DNA of 64,000 nucleotides from Minisyncoccia bacterium. Lineage in GTDB: Bacteria > Patescibacteriota > Minisyncoccia > Phycocordibacterales > GWA1-40-21. Made by a program: the position numbers and the translations under genes. The notes under the pieces were generated by a model. The model was not told where the DNA came from, made no database searches, and worked only from the letters and a program-made list of their open reading frames with translations. Shown here in pieces: positions 9,236 through 19,202 of the stretch (position 1 is the first letter of the stretch; every line of letters begins with the position of its first letter). The stretch covers positions 71,665 to 135,664 of the forward strand of contig JBAVTE010000012.1 in assembly GCA_049695975.1 (NCBI GenBank), given 5' to 3'.

Positions 9236-9703
9236 ATGAAAAACGAAGATATAAAAAACATAATAGCAGAGATGATTCAAAAGATGGAGGTTAGCTTCGA
9301 TTCTATTGATGAAGTATTTGATGAAATAACAAAGAAAAATATTTTTGTAATAAGAACAAAGGACTCTGGGCTTCTGATCGGTGAAAATGGTGAAACATTT
9401 AATGCTTTTTTCATGCTTGTCAAAAGGATGGTTGCAAAGAAGGCTCAAAATGAGGAGATACTGTCTTCATTTGCGATTGATATCAATGATTATCACTCAA
9501 GTAAGGTAATAAAACTCAAAAATCAAGCAAATATCTTTGCAAATAGGGCTCGAGATATGAAAGTTAATATAGAAATGGATCCTATGTCTTCATATGAAAG
9601 ACTCATTATACACTCAGCACTCAGTGATCAGCCTAATATTAAGACAGAATCTATAGGAGAAGGTTTGTCTAGGAGGATTGTTATAAAATATATAAAGAGC
9701 TAG
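9236..9703 (+). CDS. jag: Jag/KhpB-like R3H-domain RNA-binding protein
   Basis: C-terminal R3H-like motif (…ERLIIHSALSD…) and its position after yidC. Confidence 0.7.
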   Translation: MKNEDIKNIIAEMIQKMEVSFDSIDEVFDEITKKNIFVIRTKDSGLLIGENGETFNAFFMLVKRMVAKKAQNEEILSSFAIDINDYHSSKVIKLKNQANIFANRARDMKVNIEMDPMSSYERLIIHSALSDQPNIKTESIGEGLSRRIVIKYIKS

Positions 9704-9831
9704 GTCATAAAAACAGGAGAGTAATGTTTCTTTTATGAACATTGCGCAGGCCGACGGGCCGAGCATAGCAAAAATCTAGCAAGATTTTATGCGCGTTCAG
9801 AAAAGGAATATTACTTTCCTGTTTTTTAATT

Positions 9832-11082
9832 TTAGTTTCCTGCTGGAGAAATTTTAAACTCCCAGAGAGACAAATCTTTTTTGTTTATAAAAATAATGTA
9901 ATTATCTTTTGCGCTTATGACAGGATCGCTTACATCTACGCTTTCATTATCTTTTGTCTGATATAAAAGGGTGGTGGTTTTGTCTGCTGTATTTATTTCC
10001 CAAAAATCATCAGAGAAAGACGCAGAACCGTTGTACCATGCATCGGGGAAGAGACCACTTGGCATGCTTTTAGGTACTGCACAATATACAATATTTGAGC
10101 TCATTTTGCTCCACACACATTTATCAGCAAATGTGCTCAGAGATAAAGAGGAGTCAATATCTTTCTCGATATCCATATATCCAAGTGTTGGTCTTCCTCT
10201 TACATTTTTAGAAAACAAAACACTGTTTCCGTTGTTCCCTACTAGAGTTGTAAGACCATATATATCTCCTGTGACTTGTTCCAAACTTCCGTCTGAAGTA
10301 TTTAAGTCAAATAAAAATCCTTGCATATAGTAACTAGGTTTCGTCAACAAAGACACGGTATTGTCCCCTACCCAACTTGCACTCCAATTTTTTAATTCGG
10401 AAGTAAAGACTTGTTTTTTGCTCGTTCCATCTATATTTCCTGTAAAACCTGCAGAACCACTATCGGTTTCTAATAAGTAAAATATTTTAGAAGAATTTTT
10501 ATTTATTGCAATCGTTTTAATATTTTCTGGTAAGAAGGACCCAGAAATAATTCCCGCAAATTCATTTGAGGTAGAAGCATAGAGAGTGATTTTTGCGGAA
10601 TAAGTTGCTATTTTTTCAGTTTTATCTTTGATGTATCTTAGTAAGACATTTGTACCTGTTTTATCAAAGAGTGCCTCATATATTTTAGGTATAGTGGTGT
10701 TGGTAATTCTTGTAATTTGGCTTGAACCAAAGCTTATTTCATGAATATTGCCATTACTTCTTTCTACCAGTCGTACTTTTTCATTTGGATACACTCCAAA
10801 TATTGTAGCCCCTGCTACTGGTTCCTGGAAAATTTGTTTTAGTCCCAATTCGTTTGCTGTATTGTTTGTGGTAGTGCTAGTAGGTGTACTCGTATCTCCA
10901 AAATTGGCGGTATTTGTATTGGTTTTGTCTACCGAAGTATCACCAAAACCATTTTGTGTCTGGGTTGTATTGTCTACAGGTACATTAGTGTTTGTATTTG
11001 TCCTAAAATAAAAGAAAAGGAATGTTATTAAAATAACGATTGTTATTCCAAGTATTAAAATGATTGCTTTTTTCTTTTCCAT
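9832..11082 (-). CDS. membrane-anchored secreted hypothetical protein (T4SS-like cluster, distal gene)
   Basis: N-terminal TM helix, a T/N-rich linker, then a ~300-aa globular domain. Last gene of the minus-strand cluster. Confidence 0.4.
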   Translation of the reverse strand: MEKKKAIILILGITIVILITFLFFYFRTNTNTNVPVDNTTQTQNGFGDTSVDKTNTNTANFGDTSTPTSTTTNNTANELGLKQIFQEPVAGATIFGVYPNEKVRLVERSNGNIHEISFGSSQITRITNTTIPKIYEALFDKTGTNVLLRYIKDKTEKIATYSAKITLYASTSNEFAGIISGSFLPENIKTIAINKNSSKIFYLLETDSGSAGFTGNIDGTSKKQVFTSELKNWSASWVGDNTVSLLTKPSYYMQGFLFDLNTSDGSLEQVTGDIYGLTTLVGNNGNSVLFSKNVRGRPTLGYMDIEKDIDSSLSLSTFADKCVWSKMSSNIVYCAVPKSMPSGLFPDAWYNGSASFSDDFWEINTADKTTTLLYQTKDNESVDVSDPVISAKDNYIIFINKKDLSLWEFKISPAGN

Positions 11083-11092
11083 TTTATTTTAT

Positions 11093-11536
11093 TTATTGAA
11101 ACCACCCTGGAATTTGAAGAATATCAGGATTGACTGTATATAGGATGAGATATGAGGCAAGGACGAGCAGTAGACCCCAGAGAGCATTAGTTATTTTACT
11201 TTTAGCATCACTCTTTCCATCAAAGGCCTCGGTAGTCATATATTCTACTCCTCCCCAAGCGATCATAAGGACGGCGAGCACGGCAGCAGCAGCAACTCCG
11301 AAGTTATAAACAGAAGCCAAAAATTTTCCCAAATTTCCACTCGTATCTATTTTTTCATTTATCATCGCTTTTTTTTCTAGCGGAACATATTTCATTGTGC
11401 CATCATTATTGTCAGATGGTATAAAGTGTGTGTTTTGGGGTTGAGCATCTTCTGCATTACATAAAGTAAAAGGTATTGCTGTACAAAGTATGAAGAAGGA
11501 AACTATTAATAATGCTATTTTTTTATTATTTTTCAT
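11093..11536 (-). CDS. pilin-like protein, VirB2/TrbC-like (signal peptide plus two hydrophobic helices)
   Basis: 147 aa with an N-terminal signal or TM segment and a C-terminal pair of hydrophobic helices (…AAAAVLAVLMIAWGG… and …LWGLLLVLASYLILY…), typical of T4SS pilins. Overlaps the upstream gene by 11 nt. Confidence 0.45.
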   Translation of the reverse strand: MKNNKKIALLIVSFFILCTAIPFTLCNAEDAQPQNTHFIPSDNNDGTMKYVPLEKKAMINEKIDTSGNLGKFLASVYNFGVAAAAVLAVLMIAWGGVEYMTTEAFDGKSDAKSKITNALWGLLLVLASYLILYTVNPDILQIPGWFQ

Positions 11537-12527
11537 AATTTAATGTAAAACCAAATCTACCAAACTGAAACATTCTATCACGATTTTCTACATTTATGCT
11601 GATGTTTGCACTCCCCGATCCAGATGTCTCGACTTGTTTTAAAATAATAGTATTTTTCTTTCCTGCTGTAGTATAACTTTGTCCATTTACTGACCAAGTC
11701 ATATTTAATCTTGATGAATCTGGTTCTTTTACATCAAAATAAAAAGGAAAAGCTATAATATCCATTTCTTCTTTTGAACCAATATTTATCACACCTGTAA
11801 GGGCTTTATTGAAAAATATTCCATATAATGGATTGTCTTCATACATTAAAATTTTGGGACTTGTTGGAGAAATAGAAATAATTTTCTCTGCTGTAACTTT
11901 TCTGTTGTCATCTTGTACTGTGACATCTATGTCTGTATCATCAGAGATACCATTACCGCTGAAAACAAAAGTATTTTTTCCTCGGCCTGAAGCATCTTCA
12001 TCAACTACCCCGTTTTTCATCCAAGTATAAGTAAGGCTTTTATCTGGTATCTTTGTTCCGTCAATATAAATTTCTGGTATCGCCAGCGCTTTGACAGTTC
12101 CCTGTTTTGCAAAAAGAGGCGAACCTTTGTAAAAATTGGGTGTGTATGACTGTGGCTCAAAAATTATATTTATGTCTCTCGGTTGGATGACTTGTTCGAG
12201 TACATTTGTGGAATTTATAACAGCTTTTACTGTCGTGGATTGTGATTTATTTGATAAATCAAAAGAAAAGCTGGTCAAACCCACCCCTTCTTTTTTCAAA
12301 GTTCCATCCACAAACCATGATATTTGCTCGGTATTTAAATTTTGATAAATGTTTTTGAGAGAAGCTGTGATGGTATCTCTAAATTTTGGATTTATGGGCG
12401 ATATAGTCATACTGGATCCAGAGATTGCCTGTGAATTTGGGGTTTGAGCAAAAGAAAAAATAGGACATATTGATATGGCTGTGAGAATAATAATTAATTT
12501 TAGAGATGTAAGAAAGCTTCTATTCAT
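11526..12527 (-). CDS. secreted hypothetical protein (signal peptide, 333 aa)
   Basis: Cleavable signal peptide and a beta-rich composition. Sits inside the T4SS-like cluster. Confidence 0.4.
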   Translation of the reverse strand: MNRSFLTSLKLIIILTAISICPIFSFAQTPNSQAISGSSMTISPINPKFRDTITASLKNIYQNLNTEQISWFVDGTLKKEGVGLTSFSFDLSNKSQSTTVKAVINSTNVLEQVIQPRDINIIFEPQSYTPNFYKGSPLFAKQGTVKALAIPEIYIDGTKIPDKSLTYTWMKNGVVDEDASGRGKNTFVFSGNGISDDTDIDVTVQDDNRKVTAEKIISISPTSPKILMYEDNPLYGIFFNKALTGVINIGSKEEMDIIAFPFYFDVKEPDSSRLNMTWSVNGQSYTTAGKKNTIILKQVETSGSGSANISINVENRDRMFQFGRFGFTLNYEK

Positions 12528-12548
12528 TTGTTATATTATAACACAAAA

Positions 12549-14387
12549 TTAACCCATCAACCCATTTGCAATACCATATTCTTGTTTTGCTTTTCTGATA
12601 GCGAGGAGCTGTGAAGGATCGGAAGTGATGATTTGATCTTCGGTATAAGATGCATAGATTTTGAGAGCGACATGCTTTGTTCCTACAAAGAAAATACCCT
12701 CTCCTACATCTGATTCAAGCAGTAAAAACTTTTCTTCATCAGTGAGGTTAAATATTTTTTGCAAATTGTCCACAGCCGTCGGGGATTGTTTGAGGAGAAT
12801 TTGTATTGAGGAGTTTGTCACAATAGGTTGCCCATAAGGTGAACGCAAGAAGTCATCGACATCTTGAGTAATAGTAGCAAGACCCAGGAAGTATTTTCTG
12901 CCTCTTTTTGCCATGCCAAAAAGGAATGATGCTGTGTCATCCGATTTCATCATCCACCATGCCTCATCTATCACAAGCAATCTCTTTTTGAGTTGTTTAC
13001 GGACGGCATTCCAAATGTGGTGTGTAATGAGATACATAGCTACTGGCTTGAGTTCATCTTCCATATCTCTAATGGAAAAAACTACGAATTTGTAGTCTAT
13101 ATCAATGTTTGTGGCTTTGTTTAGAAATCCTGCCCATGTTCCTCTCGTATATTTTGAAAGTTTTTGTACAAGTGACTCGGCCCCTTTCATACCAGAAAGA
13201 ACGAGCTCAAAGTCCGAGAGAAGTGGCGCCTCAACATTTGAGAAATCAGAGTCTGGGGTGATATCTTTCAGTGCATATGTCTCCAAAATTGCTTTATCTA
13301 TGATCGCATCTTCTTCTTGTGAAAGTCCGCCAAACATTAGGCGGAAAAGTCCGACAAGGTTTATAATATTTGTTCTCAAAACATCTGCTGATGATTCATC
13401 TTCACGAGCGATAGGAAGATCAAATGGATTCAAGTGGGCATCAGAGTTTAAAGAAATACTAAACGACTTTCCACCAGCTGCCTCGGCGAGGAATTCATAT
13501 TCTTTTTCTGGGTCTATCACAATGACATCTATATCAAACATCAAACTTCGCAATATTTCTAGCTTTGTACAGTATGATTTACCAGAACCAGACTTTGCAA
13601 AAGTGATGGAGTTGTAGTTTTCTAGAGAAAATCTGTCAAAGATTACTAAGCTGGAATTGTGCCTGTTGATACCATAAAGAATACCTTTGTCGGATGTAAG
13701 GTCGAAAGAAATAAAAGGAAAAATACTCGATAATGGGGATGAGTTGAGCTTGGAATGTATTTCAAGGAGGTCTGTGCCTGTTGGTAAAATACTTTTATAA
13801 CCCTGCTCTTGTTGAAAAAGTGCTGGTTTTACATAAATAAGGCGGGATTCAAGGATTGATTTGATTTCCGATTCAAATTTGTTTAGTTCTTCTTCATTGT
13901 CTGCATAAATAGTAATGTAAAGACCAACATCAAAAAGCTTTTCTTGTGCTTGCTGGAGATTGTCGCGAAGCCCTTCGAGGTCTTGGTATGCAGTATCTAG
14001 TACTGGGTCACGCACCAGACCCTTCCTTTCCCTGTCATTTATTTGGCTTTGTACTTCGGCCACTTTTTTCTGAAATTGTCGCAGTATTTTTACTGTGTCG
14101 AGCGGATGAATAAAAATTGAAACATTAAAAACTCTATCAAGGTTGATGATTGGGGCAAACCAGCTTTCAGTGAGAAACCTAGGATAGGAAATAACAAAAA
14201 ATGTTCGAGCTATTTTTTCTCCAAGATTTATTTCTTTCGGCGTAATTTTGAGCGCCGATGGTGCAATGATGTCTTGTAATTCTAGAACCCCAGCCTCATA
14301 TATTTCTTGGGGAAGAAAAGATGTCAGTTCATCTTTTTTGTCTTCTTTTTTGCCGAATAAATTATTTAAAAATGACATATTATGCAT
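12549..14387 (-). CDS. VirB4/TrbE/CagE-family conjugal transfer ATPase, C-terminal ATPase portion
   Basis: Walker A (FAKSGSGKSY) and Walker B (LLVIDEAWWMM) in the spacing characteristic of VirB4. At 612 aa it is too short for a full-length VirB4. Confidence 0.8.
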   Translation of the reverse strand: MHNMSFLNNLFGKKEDKKDELTSFLPQEIYEAGVLELQDIIAPSALKITPKEINLGEKIARTFFVISYPRFLTESWFAPIINLDRVFNVSIFIHPLDTVKILRQFQKKVAEVQSQINDRERKGLVRDPVLDTAYQDLEGLRDNLQQAQEKLFDVGLYITIYADNEEELNKFESEIKSILESRLIYVKPALFQQEQGYKSILPTGTDLLEIHSKLNSSPLSSIFPFISFDLTSDKGILYGINRHNSSLVIFDRFSLENYNSITFAKSGSGKSYCTKLEILRSLMFDIDVIVIDPEKEYEFLAEAAGGKSFSISLNSDAHLNPFDLPIAREDESSADVLRTNIINLVGLFRLMFGGLSQEEDAIIDKAILETYALKDITPDSDFSNVEAPLLSDFELVLSGMKGAESLVQKLSKYTRGTWAGFLNKATNIDIDYKFVVFSIRDMEDELKPVAMYLITHHIWNAVRKQLKKRLLVIDEAWWMMKSDDTASFLFGMAKRGRKYFLGLATITQDVDDFLRSPYGQPIVTNSSIQILLKQSPTAVDNLQKIFNLTDEEKFLLLESDVGEGIFFVGTKHVALKIYASYTEDQIITSDPSQLLAIRKAKQEYGIANGLMG

Positions 14388-15024
14388 TTACGATGGGTTT
14401 TTCTAAATCCCCAGGATTAAATATCTTGTAGAACAATTCAATAATCTCATCTGTACCAAGGGCGATGCTCTTCAGTCCACATCTGATAAGTCCACCTTGT
14501 ATTACTCCGATCCTCTGCTCAAGCTGGGTTCTGTTTTCAAGGAAAGAGTCATTTTTATCTGTGGTTTTTGTTTTTTCTTCTTTTTTGCTGTTAAAAAAGT
14601 TACTAGCAATACTACCGGCATTGTTCGTCGTCAATACTTGTGAAAATGGTATTACTACAAAGAAAGTTTTGGTCATAATGTTGGATTGCTCCACAAAAGC
14701 TTTGATGAAAGCAATATATTCTTTGATTTGTATTTTCATAAGGTCACTAAGCTCGGCTTTGTATCTTTCTTCGAGCTGAGCTAGATACGGTCGGATATCG
14801 AGTTGTCTTGATTGGATGGAAATTTGAACAGAAAAATCAAGAGAATTCAGAAAATTTTGAAATTGATATATGACAGCCTCCTGCTCTTCTCCGGATTTTA
14901 AAGCAAAGTTGACAGATGAAACCATAATAACCGCTCTCATTGAGCCATCTTTTAAAATCATCACTCCATCTCGGATTTCTTTGATGGGTACGAAATCTTG
15001 TGTTGCTTTTGCAATTACCGGCAT
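14380..15024 (-). CDS. probable VirB4 N-terminal domain encoded as a separate ORF (split VirB4)
   Basis: 214 aa ORF overlapping the ATPase ORF by 8 nt. Together 214+612 is about 826 aa, the normal VirB4 length. Confidence 0.45.
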   Translation of the reverse strand: MPVIAKATQDFVPIKEIRDGVMILKDGSMRAVIMVSSVNFALKSGEEQEAVIYQFQNFLNSLDFSVQISIQSRQLDIRPYLAQLEERYKAELSDLMKIQIKEYIAFIKAFVEQSNIMTKTFFVVIPFSQVLTTNNAGSIASNFFNSKKEEKTKTTDKNDSFLENRTQLEQRIGVIQGGLIRCGLKSIALGTDEIIELFYKIFNPGDLEKPIVNA

Positions 15025-15054
15025 AACTATATTATATATTAAAAGACCAAAAAA

Positions 15055-15513
15055 CTATAATCTACTTTCTCCTATTATCCTGCCTAGAGGTTTTTCTTCT
15101 TTTGACACTGGGTTCAATGACTCTTTTATATTTAAACTCCATGTCAAATCTTTTAATTTACTGTCGGAAAGCTTTGGCATATATATAGACTTTTGGGTAT
15201 TATTTTCCGAAATGGTATGTTCTGGTTTTTTATCTGCCTTTTTCCAAATATATAGCCGACTGTTTGTAAAATAATTGAATGCATACTGAATCATAAATAT
15301 AAGAGGTCTGTTGTTTACAGAATAAAAAGCGAGGAGTAAGCCGGCTATTGCCACAGCAAGAGCGATGGGGATGGATAATATTTTGAAAGGAATAAAATAA
15401 TATACCGAAAAAGCAAGACCCACACCTCCACCGATATAAATAAACTGTTTGAAGGTCAATGGTCCAAATATTTTGTCTTCTATATCAATAAATTGTGGTG
15501 TTTGAAATTGCAT
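15055..15513 (-). CDS. PrgI/VirB3-like small two-TM protein
   Basis: 152 aa with the motif FIDIEDKIFGPLTFKQFIYIGGG followed by two TM helices, located immediately upstream of VirB4 as in Gram-positive T4SS. Confidence 0.5.
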   Translation of the reverse strand: MQFQTPQFIDIEDKIFGPLTFKQFIYIGGGVGLAFSVYYFIPFKILSIPIALAVAIAGLLLAFYSVNNRPLIFMIQYAFNYFTNSRLYIWKKADKKPEHTISENNTQKSIYMPKLSDSKLKDLTWSLNIKESLNPVSKEEKPLGRIIGESRL

Positions 15514-15514
15514 T

Positions 15515-16255
15515 TTATTCTATTGGTTCTCTATAGGGGTCTTTTTTGGGCTCTGGTTTCAGAGGGATTTTACTGGTTTCCTCTATCACTACCCTTTCTT
15601 TCGGCATACTAGTCATGCCCCCCATCTTCTCCACTATTACATCCTCTACTTTTTTCTCTGGATTGTCTGAAAGTGAATTTGTTGCAAGAAGTATGGGTTT
15701 CGGATTTGGTGAAATTTGTTTTGTCTCAGAAATATAATTGTTCATAGGTGTTTGTATTTCTACTCCCTCACCCATATCTTCTATCTCTTTTGTTTTTTCC
15801 CCACTATTTGAATTGAGTGAGCTAAAATAAATAGATCCTTCTTTTTTGTGTATTTCGCTTGGATTTTCTATGCCCTCCAATATCGTCGCCCTTGTCATTT
15901 CTGGCTCTTCCAACAAATTTTCCTCGCCCGTTTCTTCATTCATCTTCTGAAGTGACTCTCTTATTTTTTTGAAAATCAAATCATCTACATCCATAGCTAT
16001 TGTATTTGCGACTCTTTCATCTACCTCCATATTTGTCATCAGATTTTTCTTGTAGTCAGCAAGTGATTCAAGCCCCACCATGACGAGCGTCGTCTCGGTC
16101 TCAAGCTTCCCTGCTTGGTCTATCAGTAATTTATTTTTCTTTGTGACCTGATCCAGCGCCGTGCTGTAATCCACCGAAAAAACCGCATCTTTCACATCCT
16201 GTGGAAGCGTCTTCATTTGCTCATCTATTGCATTTTGTAATTGTGTGTCATTCAT
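15515..16255 (-). CDS. hypothetical acidic protein, paralog of the adjacent ORF 16264-16737
   Basis: The N-terminal ~110 aa align with the neighbouring ORF (…QMKTLPQDVKDAVFSVDY…LVMVGLESLADY… versus …QMKKLPQDVREFILSVDY…FVLLGLEPISDY…). Confidence 0.45.
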   Translation of the reverse strand: MNDTQLQNAIDEQMKTLPQDVKDAVFSVDYSTALDQVTKKNKLLIDQAGKLETETTLVMVGLESLADYKKNLMTNMEVDERVANTIAMDVDDLIFKKIRESLQKMNEETGEENLLEEPEMTRATILEGIENPSEIHKKEGSIYFSSLNSNSGEKTKEIEDMGEGVEIQTPMNNYISETKQISPNPKPILLATNSLSDNPEKKVEDVIVEKMGGMTSMPKERVVIEETSKIPLKPEPKKDPYREPIE

Positions 16256-16263
16256 AATTTATA

Positions 16264-16737
16264 TTATTTTGTTGCTATCTCAGCCAATCTTTCCTTTATA
16301 CTTTTTCCACCTACTTTAATCCTTATCGCTGTTACTATTTCGCTGTTTGGCTTTTGTAACATATAATTATTTTTTACCAATGTATTTGAAATATCACTAA
16401 CCGATAACATGTCCTCATCCATTTTCTGTAAGGATTGAAGAATCCTCCTAAAAATATTTTCGTTTACATCCGTCGCTATTTCTTGGGCCTGAATTAAAAA
16501 TATATCGAGATTTTTTTCAAGATTAGCAACATAGTCAGAAATAGGTTCAAGACCAAGCAAAACAAAAGAGGTTTCCATTTCAAGTTTTTCAGTCAATTCA
16601 GCAGATAACTTTTGTCTTTCAGATATCTCTCCAAGTTTTTTTCCATAATCAACAGAAAGGATAAATTCCCGTACATCTTGTGGAAGTTTTTTCATCTGTT
16701 CTGCTACTATTTCTTGTGTCGTTTTTTCTTTTTGCAT
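16264..16737 (-). CDS. hypothetical protein, tandem paralog of 15515-16255
   Basis: Same alignment as 15515-16255 above. Confidence 0.45.
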   Translation of the reverse strand: MQKEKTTQEIVAEQMKKLPQDVREFILSVDYGKKLGEISERQKLSAELTEKLEMETSFVLLGLEPISDYVANLEKNLDIFLIQAQEIATDVNENIFRRILQSLQKMDEDMLSVSDISNTLVKNNYMLQKPNSEIVTAIRIKVGGKSIKERLAEIATK

Positions 16738-16749
16738 ATTTAATATTTT

Positions 16750-19122
16750 TTATTTTGATTCGTGTTGAGTTTCCATACCTTCTGCTAATTTAGCTGCTCT
16801 TGCCATAGAGGTCCATTTTCCAGTCCTACCCTCTCTAACTGAATCTGCATAATTTCTAGCTTTATTTACTACATCTAGTTGTGCTTTTTCAGGGGCAGTT
16901 ATTACAGATGGATCATTTTCTACCTTCTTTTCCGCCTTTGTTTTTATGGCTTTCATTTGATCATCTAGGGCAGCTATTTCACCAGCATATTTCTTCTTAA
17001 GCTCCTCTTGAATTTCCTTTACTTTTTTATCTTTTGTTCTAGCTGCGTCGTTGTAAATTCTCTTTGCTTCAGAGAGTGCTTTTTTGTGCTCAGCTTTTTG
17101 TACAGTGGTACCCGTAGCCATAATACTAGCTGATCTTGTTTCCAGATCCTCTTTTTCTGTCTTTGCATCTGCAAAAGCAGCCTGTTCGTTTACAAGATCT
17201 TTATGATTGTCTCTGACTCTTAGGTAGTCAGTTTTCTGATTTCTTAAATTATTGTAATTAACGTCGCTACCACCGGTATGATAACCAGTAACTGGGTCTA
17301 TGAAGACTGTGCTACTAATACCAGTAGCAGGGTTTACGACAGTCATACCAGCACCATCTAATTGACCTTTTACTACGGTATCTCTAGCCTGTAGAGCAGT
17401 ATTTGCCGCCAATCTTTGCTTACCAGTAACTGATTTATCAAGTTTATTATATATTTCATTTTCTCTTTCCTGTTGTGCTTGTCTAGCTCCTGCAAAACCT
17501 GTTTCTTTACCATAAATTCCACTGGTTTTACCCATATCCATATTGATACCTGTTTGTTTGCTAAGAACACCAGCTACTTTACGTACAGACTCTACATTTC
17601 TAGCATCATATGTGGACTTTGAAGCTTTTTCATATGTTGCCAATTGCATCCTAGCCCTAATACTTCCACTCGCTGCGTCTGCTCTTAATTTCTCACCTCG
17701 GGCACCTTGAAGTTGGCTGTTTGCAAGTCTGCCAATTACTTGCCTACCAGCCAAGGCCACTCCACCCGTTGCAACCCCAAGTCCAAATCCTACTACTTTG
17801 GATCCCAAGCCGTTTACCATTTGCCCCACACTTCCACTGGACTTTTTGGTTATTTCCACAGTTTTCAATATAAGGAAAATTATAATTGAGAAGTTTAGAA
17901 GCATTGCAAAACTAGAAGCAGCACCTGTAAATTCGCCATTACCACTTATCATTGTTGATATGTCAGTTGTACCAAAACCTTTAGCAATTACTAGAGTTAT
18001 AATTATTAAAAGCAAGAATATAGGAATAATAAAAAGCTGTGCGGTAAATTCTTTCCACCACCAGTCTGGAGAGAGACTTTCGAGAGCTTTTACTTTTGAA
18101 AGCATTGTTTTTACACCCGGTCCTAGAAATCCTAATGGAGAAAGAGCTAATAATAAGATTAATGTAACTATTCTTCCTATAAATAAAATACATACAGAGA
18201 AAAAAGCAAAAGCTGCAATAGAATAAATTGCAATTTGTAGTACAAAAAGTATTATTATCCCCAGAATACCAACTGGCTCTGTATTATTGTTTGAACTTAT
18301 TTTATCCTTTCCTTCGCCAAAAAGCCTTGTCCCTTGTGTTGATTGTGGTATACCCAAACCATTAGCAAGACCAGCTGTCAGAGATGATTTTGCTTCTCCA
18401 TTTACCGAGACAACTTGATTGTATAAGGCAGTTGAGACAGTATTGCTTGCATCTATTAAAACTCTCGTAAAGAACATACTAAAGTTTATCAAAAGTCCGG
18501 ATATAACAACTCCGATAATAATTTGTTTTGTAGTATTTCCAGCCTTTCCAATTATTTGAGAAATGCCAGCCCATAAAAGCACAAAAACAAAAAATACATT
18601 AAAAATATCTCTTACAATTGTCCAAACTTTAAATATTCCAGCTCCTATATTTGGATCATCATAATTAAAACCAATAGCTATTCCAAGTGTCCAATCCAAT
18701 AGCTTGGCAGAAATCACCAGCATCATTCCAGCGATAGCTCTTACGACTAAAAGTATATAAGCAATCCCCTTGAGGATAATGCCTAAAAGACCAGAGGCAA
18801 TAAATGCCATGGGGTCTTTCCAAAAACTTATTTGCTTTTCATTCGCCGCCACCCCCGCGTCATATTTTTCTTTAGTTATGATTTGATTCCTATTATCATA
18901 ATAGGTTATAACACCAGTTGTCTTGTTTGTCTCTGTCTGGTATCCATTAGGGGCAGAATAGTATGATATATCACCAGCTGCGACCTCGTTTTTTTGTGTG
19001 GAAATAATTAAAGAATCATTTGGGTTCACAATAAATTTTATCGGCGTCAAAAAAACCCCTAACACTATAGAAAGTGCAACAAAAAACTTAAATGTATTTG
19101 AAGTAAAAAATCTTTTTTTCAT
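16750..19122 (-). CDS. VirB6/TrbL-like polytopic membrane protein with C-terminal coiled-coil tail (790 aa)
   Basis: Signal/TM segment followed by at least 8 predicted TM helices and a charged C-terminal tail. Position and architecture fit a T4SS inner-membrane channel component. Confidence 0.45.
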   Translation of the reverse strand: MKKRFFTSNTFKFFVALSIVLGVFLTPIKFIVNPNDSLIISTQKNEVAAGDISYYSAPNGYQTETNKTTGVITYYDNRNQIITKEKYDAGVAANEKQISFWKDPMAFIASGLLGIILKGIAYILLVVRAIAGMMLVISAKLLDWTLGIAIGFNYDDPNIGAGIFKVWTIVRDIFNVFFVFVLLWAGISQIIGKAGNTTKQIIIGVVISGLLINFSMFFTRVLIDASNTVSTALYNQVVSVNGEAKSSLTAGLANGLGIPQSTQGTRLFGEGKDKISSNNNTEPVGILGIIILFVLQIAIYSIAAFAFFSVCILFIGRIVTLILLLALSPLGFLGPGVKTMLSKVKALESLSPDWWWKEFTAQLFIIPIFLLLIIITLVIAKGFGTTDISTMISGNGEFTGAASSFAMLLNFSIIIFLILKTVEITKKSSGSVGQMVNGLGSKVVGFGLGVATGGVALAGRQVIGRLANSQLQGARGEKLRADAASGSIRARMQLATYEKASKSTYDARNVESVRKVAGVLSKQTGINMDMGKTSGIYGKETGFAGARQAQQERENEIYNKLDKSVTGKQRLAANTALQARDTVVKGQLDGAGMTVVNPATGISSTVFIDPVTGYHTGGSDVNYNNLRNQKTDYLRVRDNHKDLVNEQAAFADAKTEKEDLETRSASIMATGTTVQKAEHKKALSEAKRIYNDAARTKDKKVKEIQEELKKKYAGEIAALDDQMKAIKTKAEKKVENDPSVITAPEKAQLDVVNKARNYADSVREGRTGKWTSMARAAKLAEGMETQHESK

Positions 19123-19202
19123 TTTACTTATTTTACCTCTTTAATTATACCAAATGTAACTCCTTTTTCCCAATCGTCTCTGACTAAAAACTCTTTTGTC
19201 TT

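Noticed and set aside
9712-9823. Inverted repeat ACAGGAGAGTAAT…ATTACTTTCCTGT with an ~85-nt spacer between jag and the T4SS-like cluster
   Set aside because: Imperfect and short; adequately explained as a convergent-gene terminator region.
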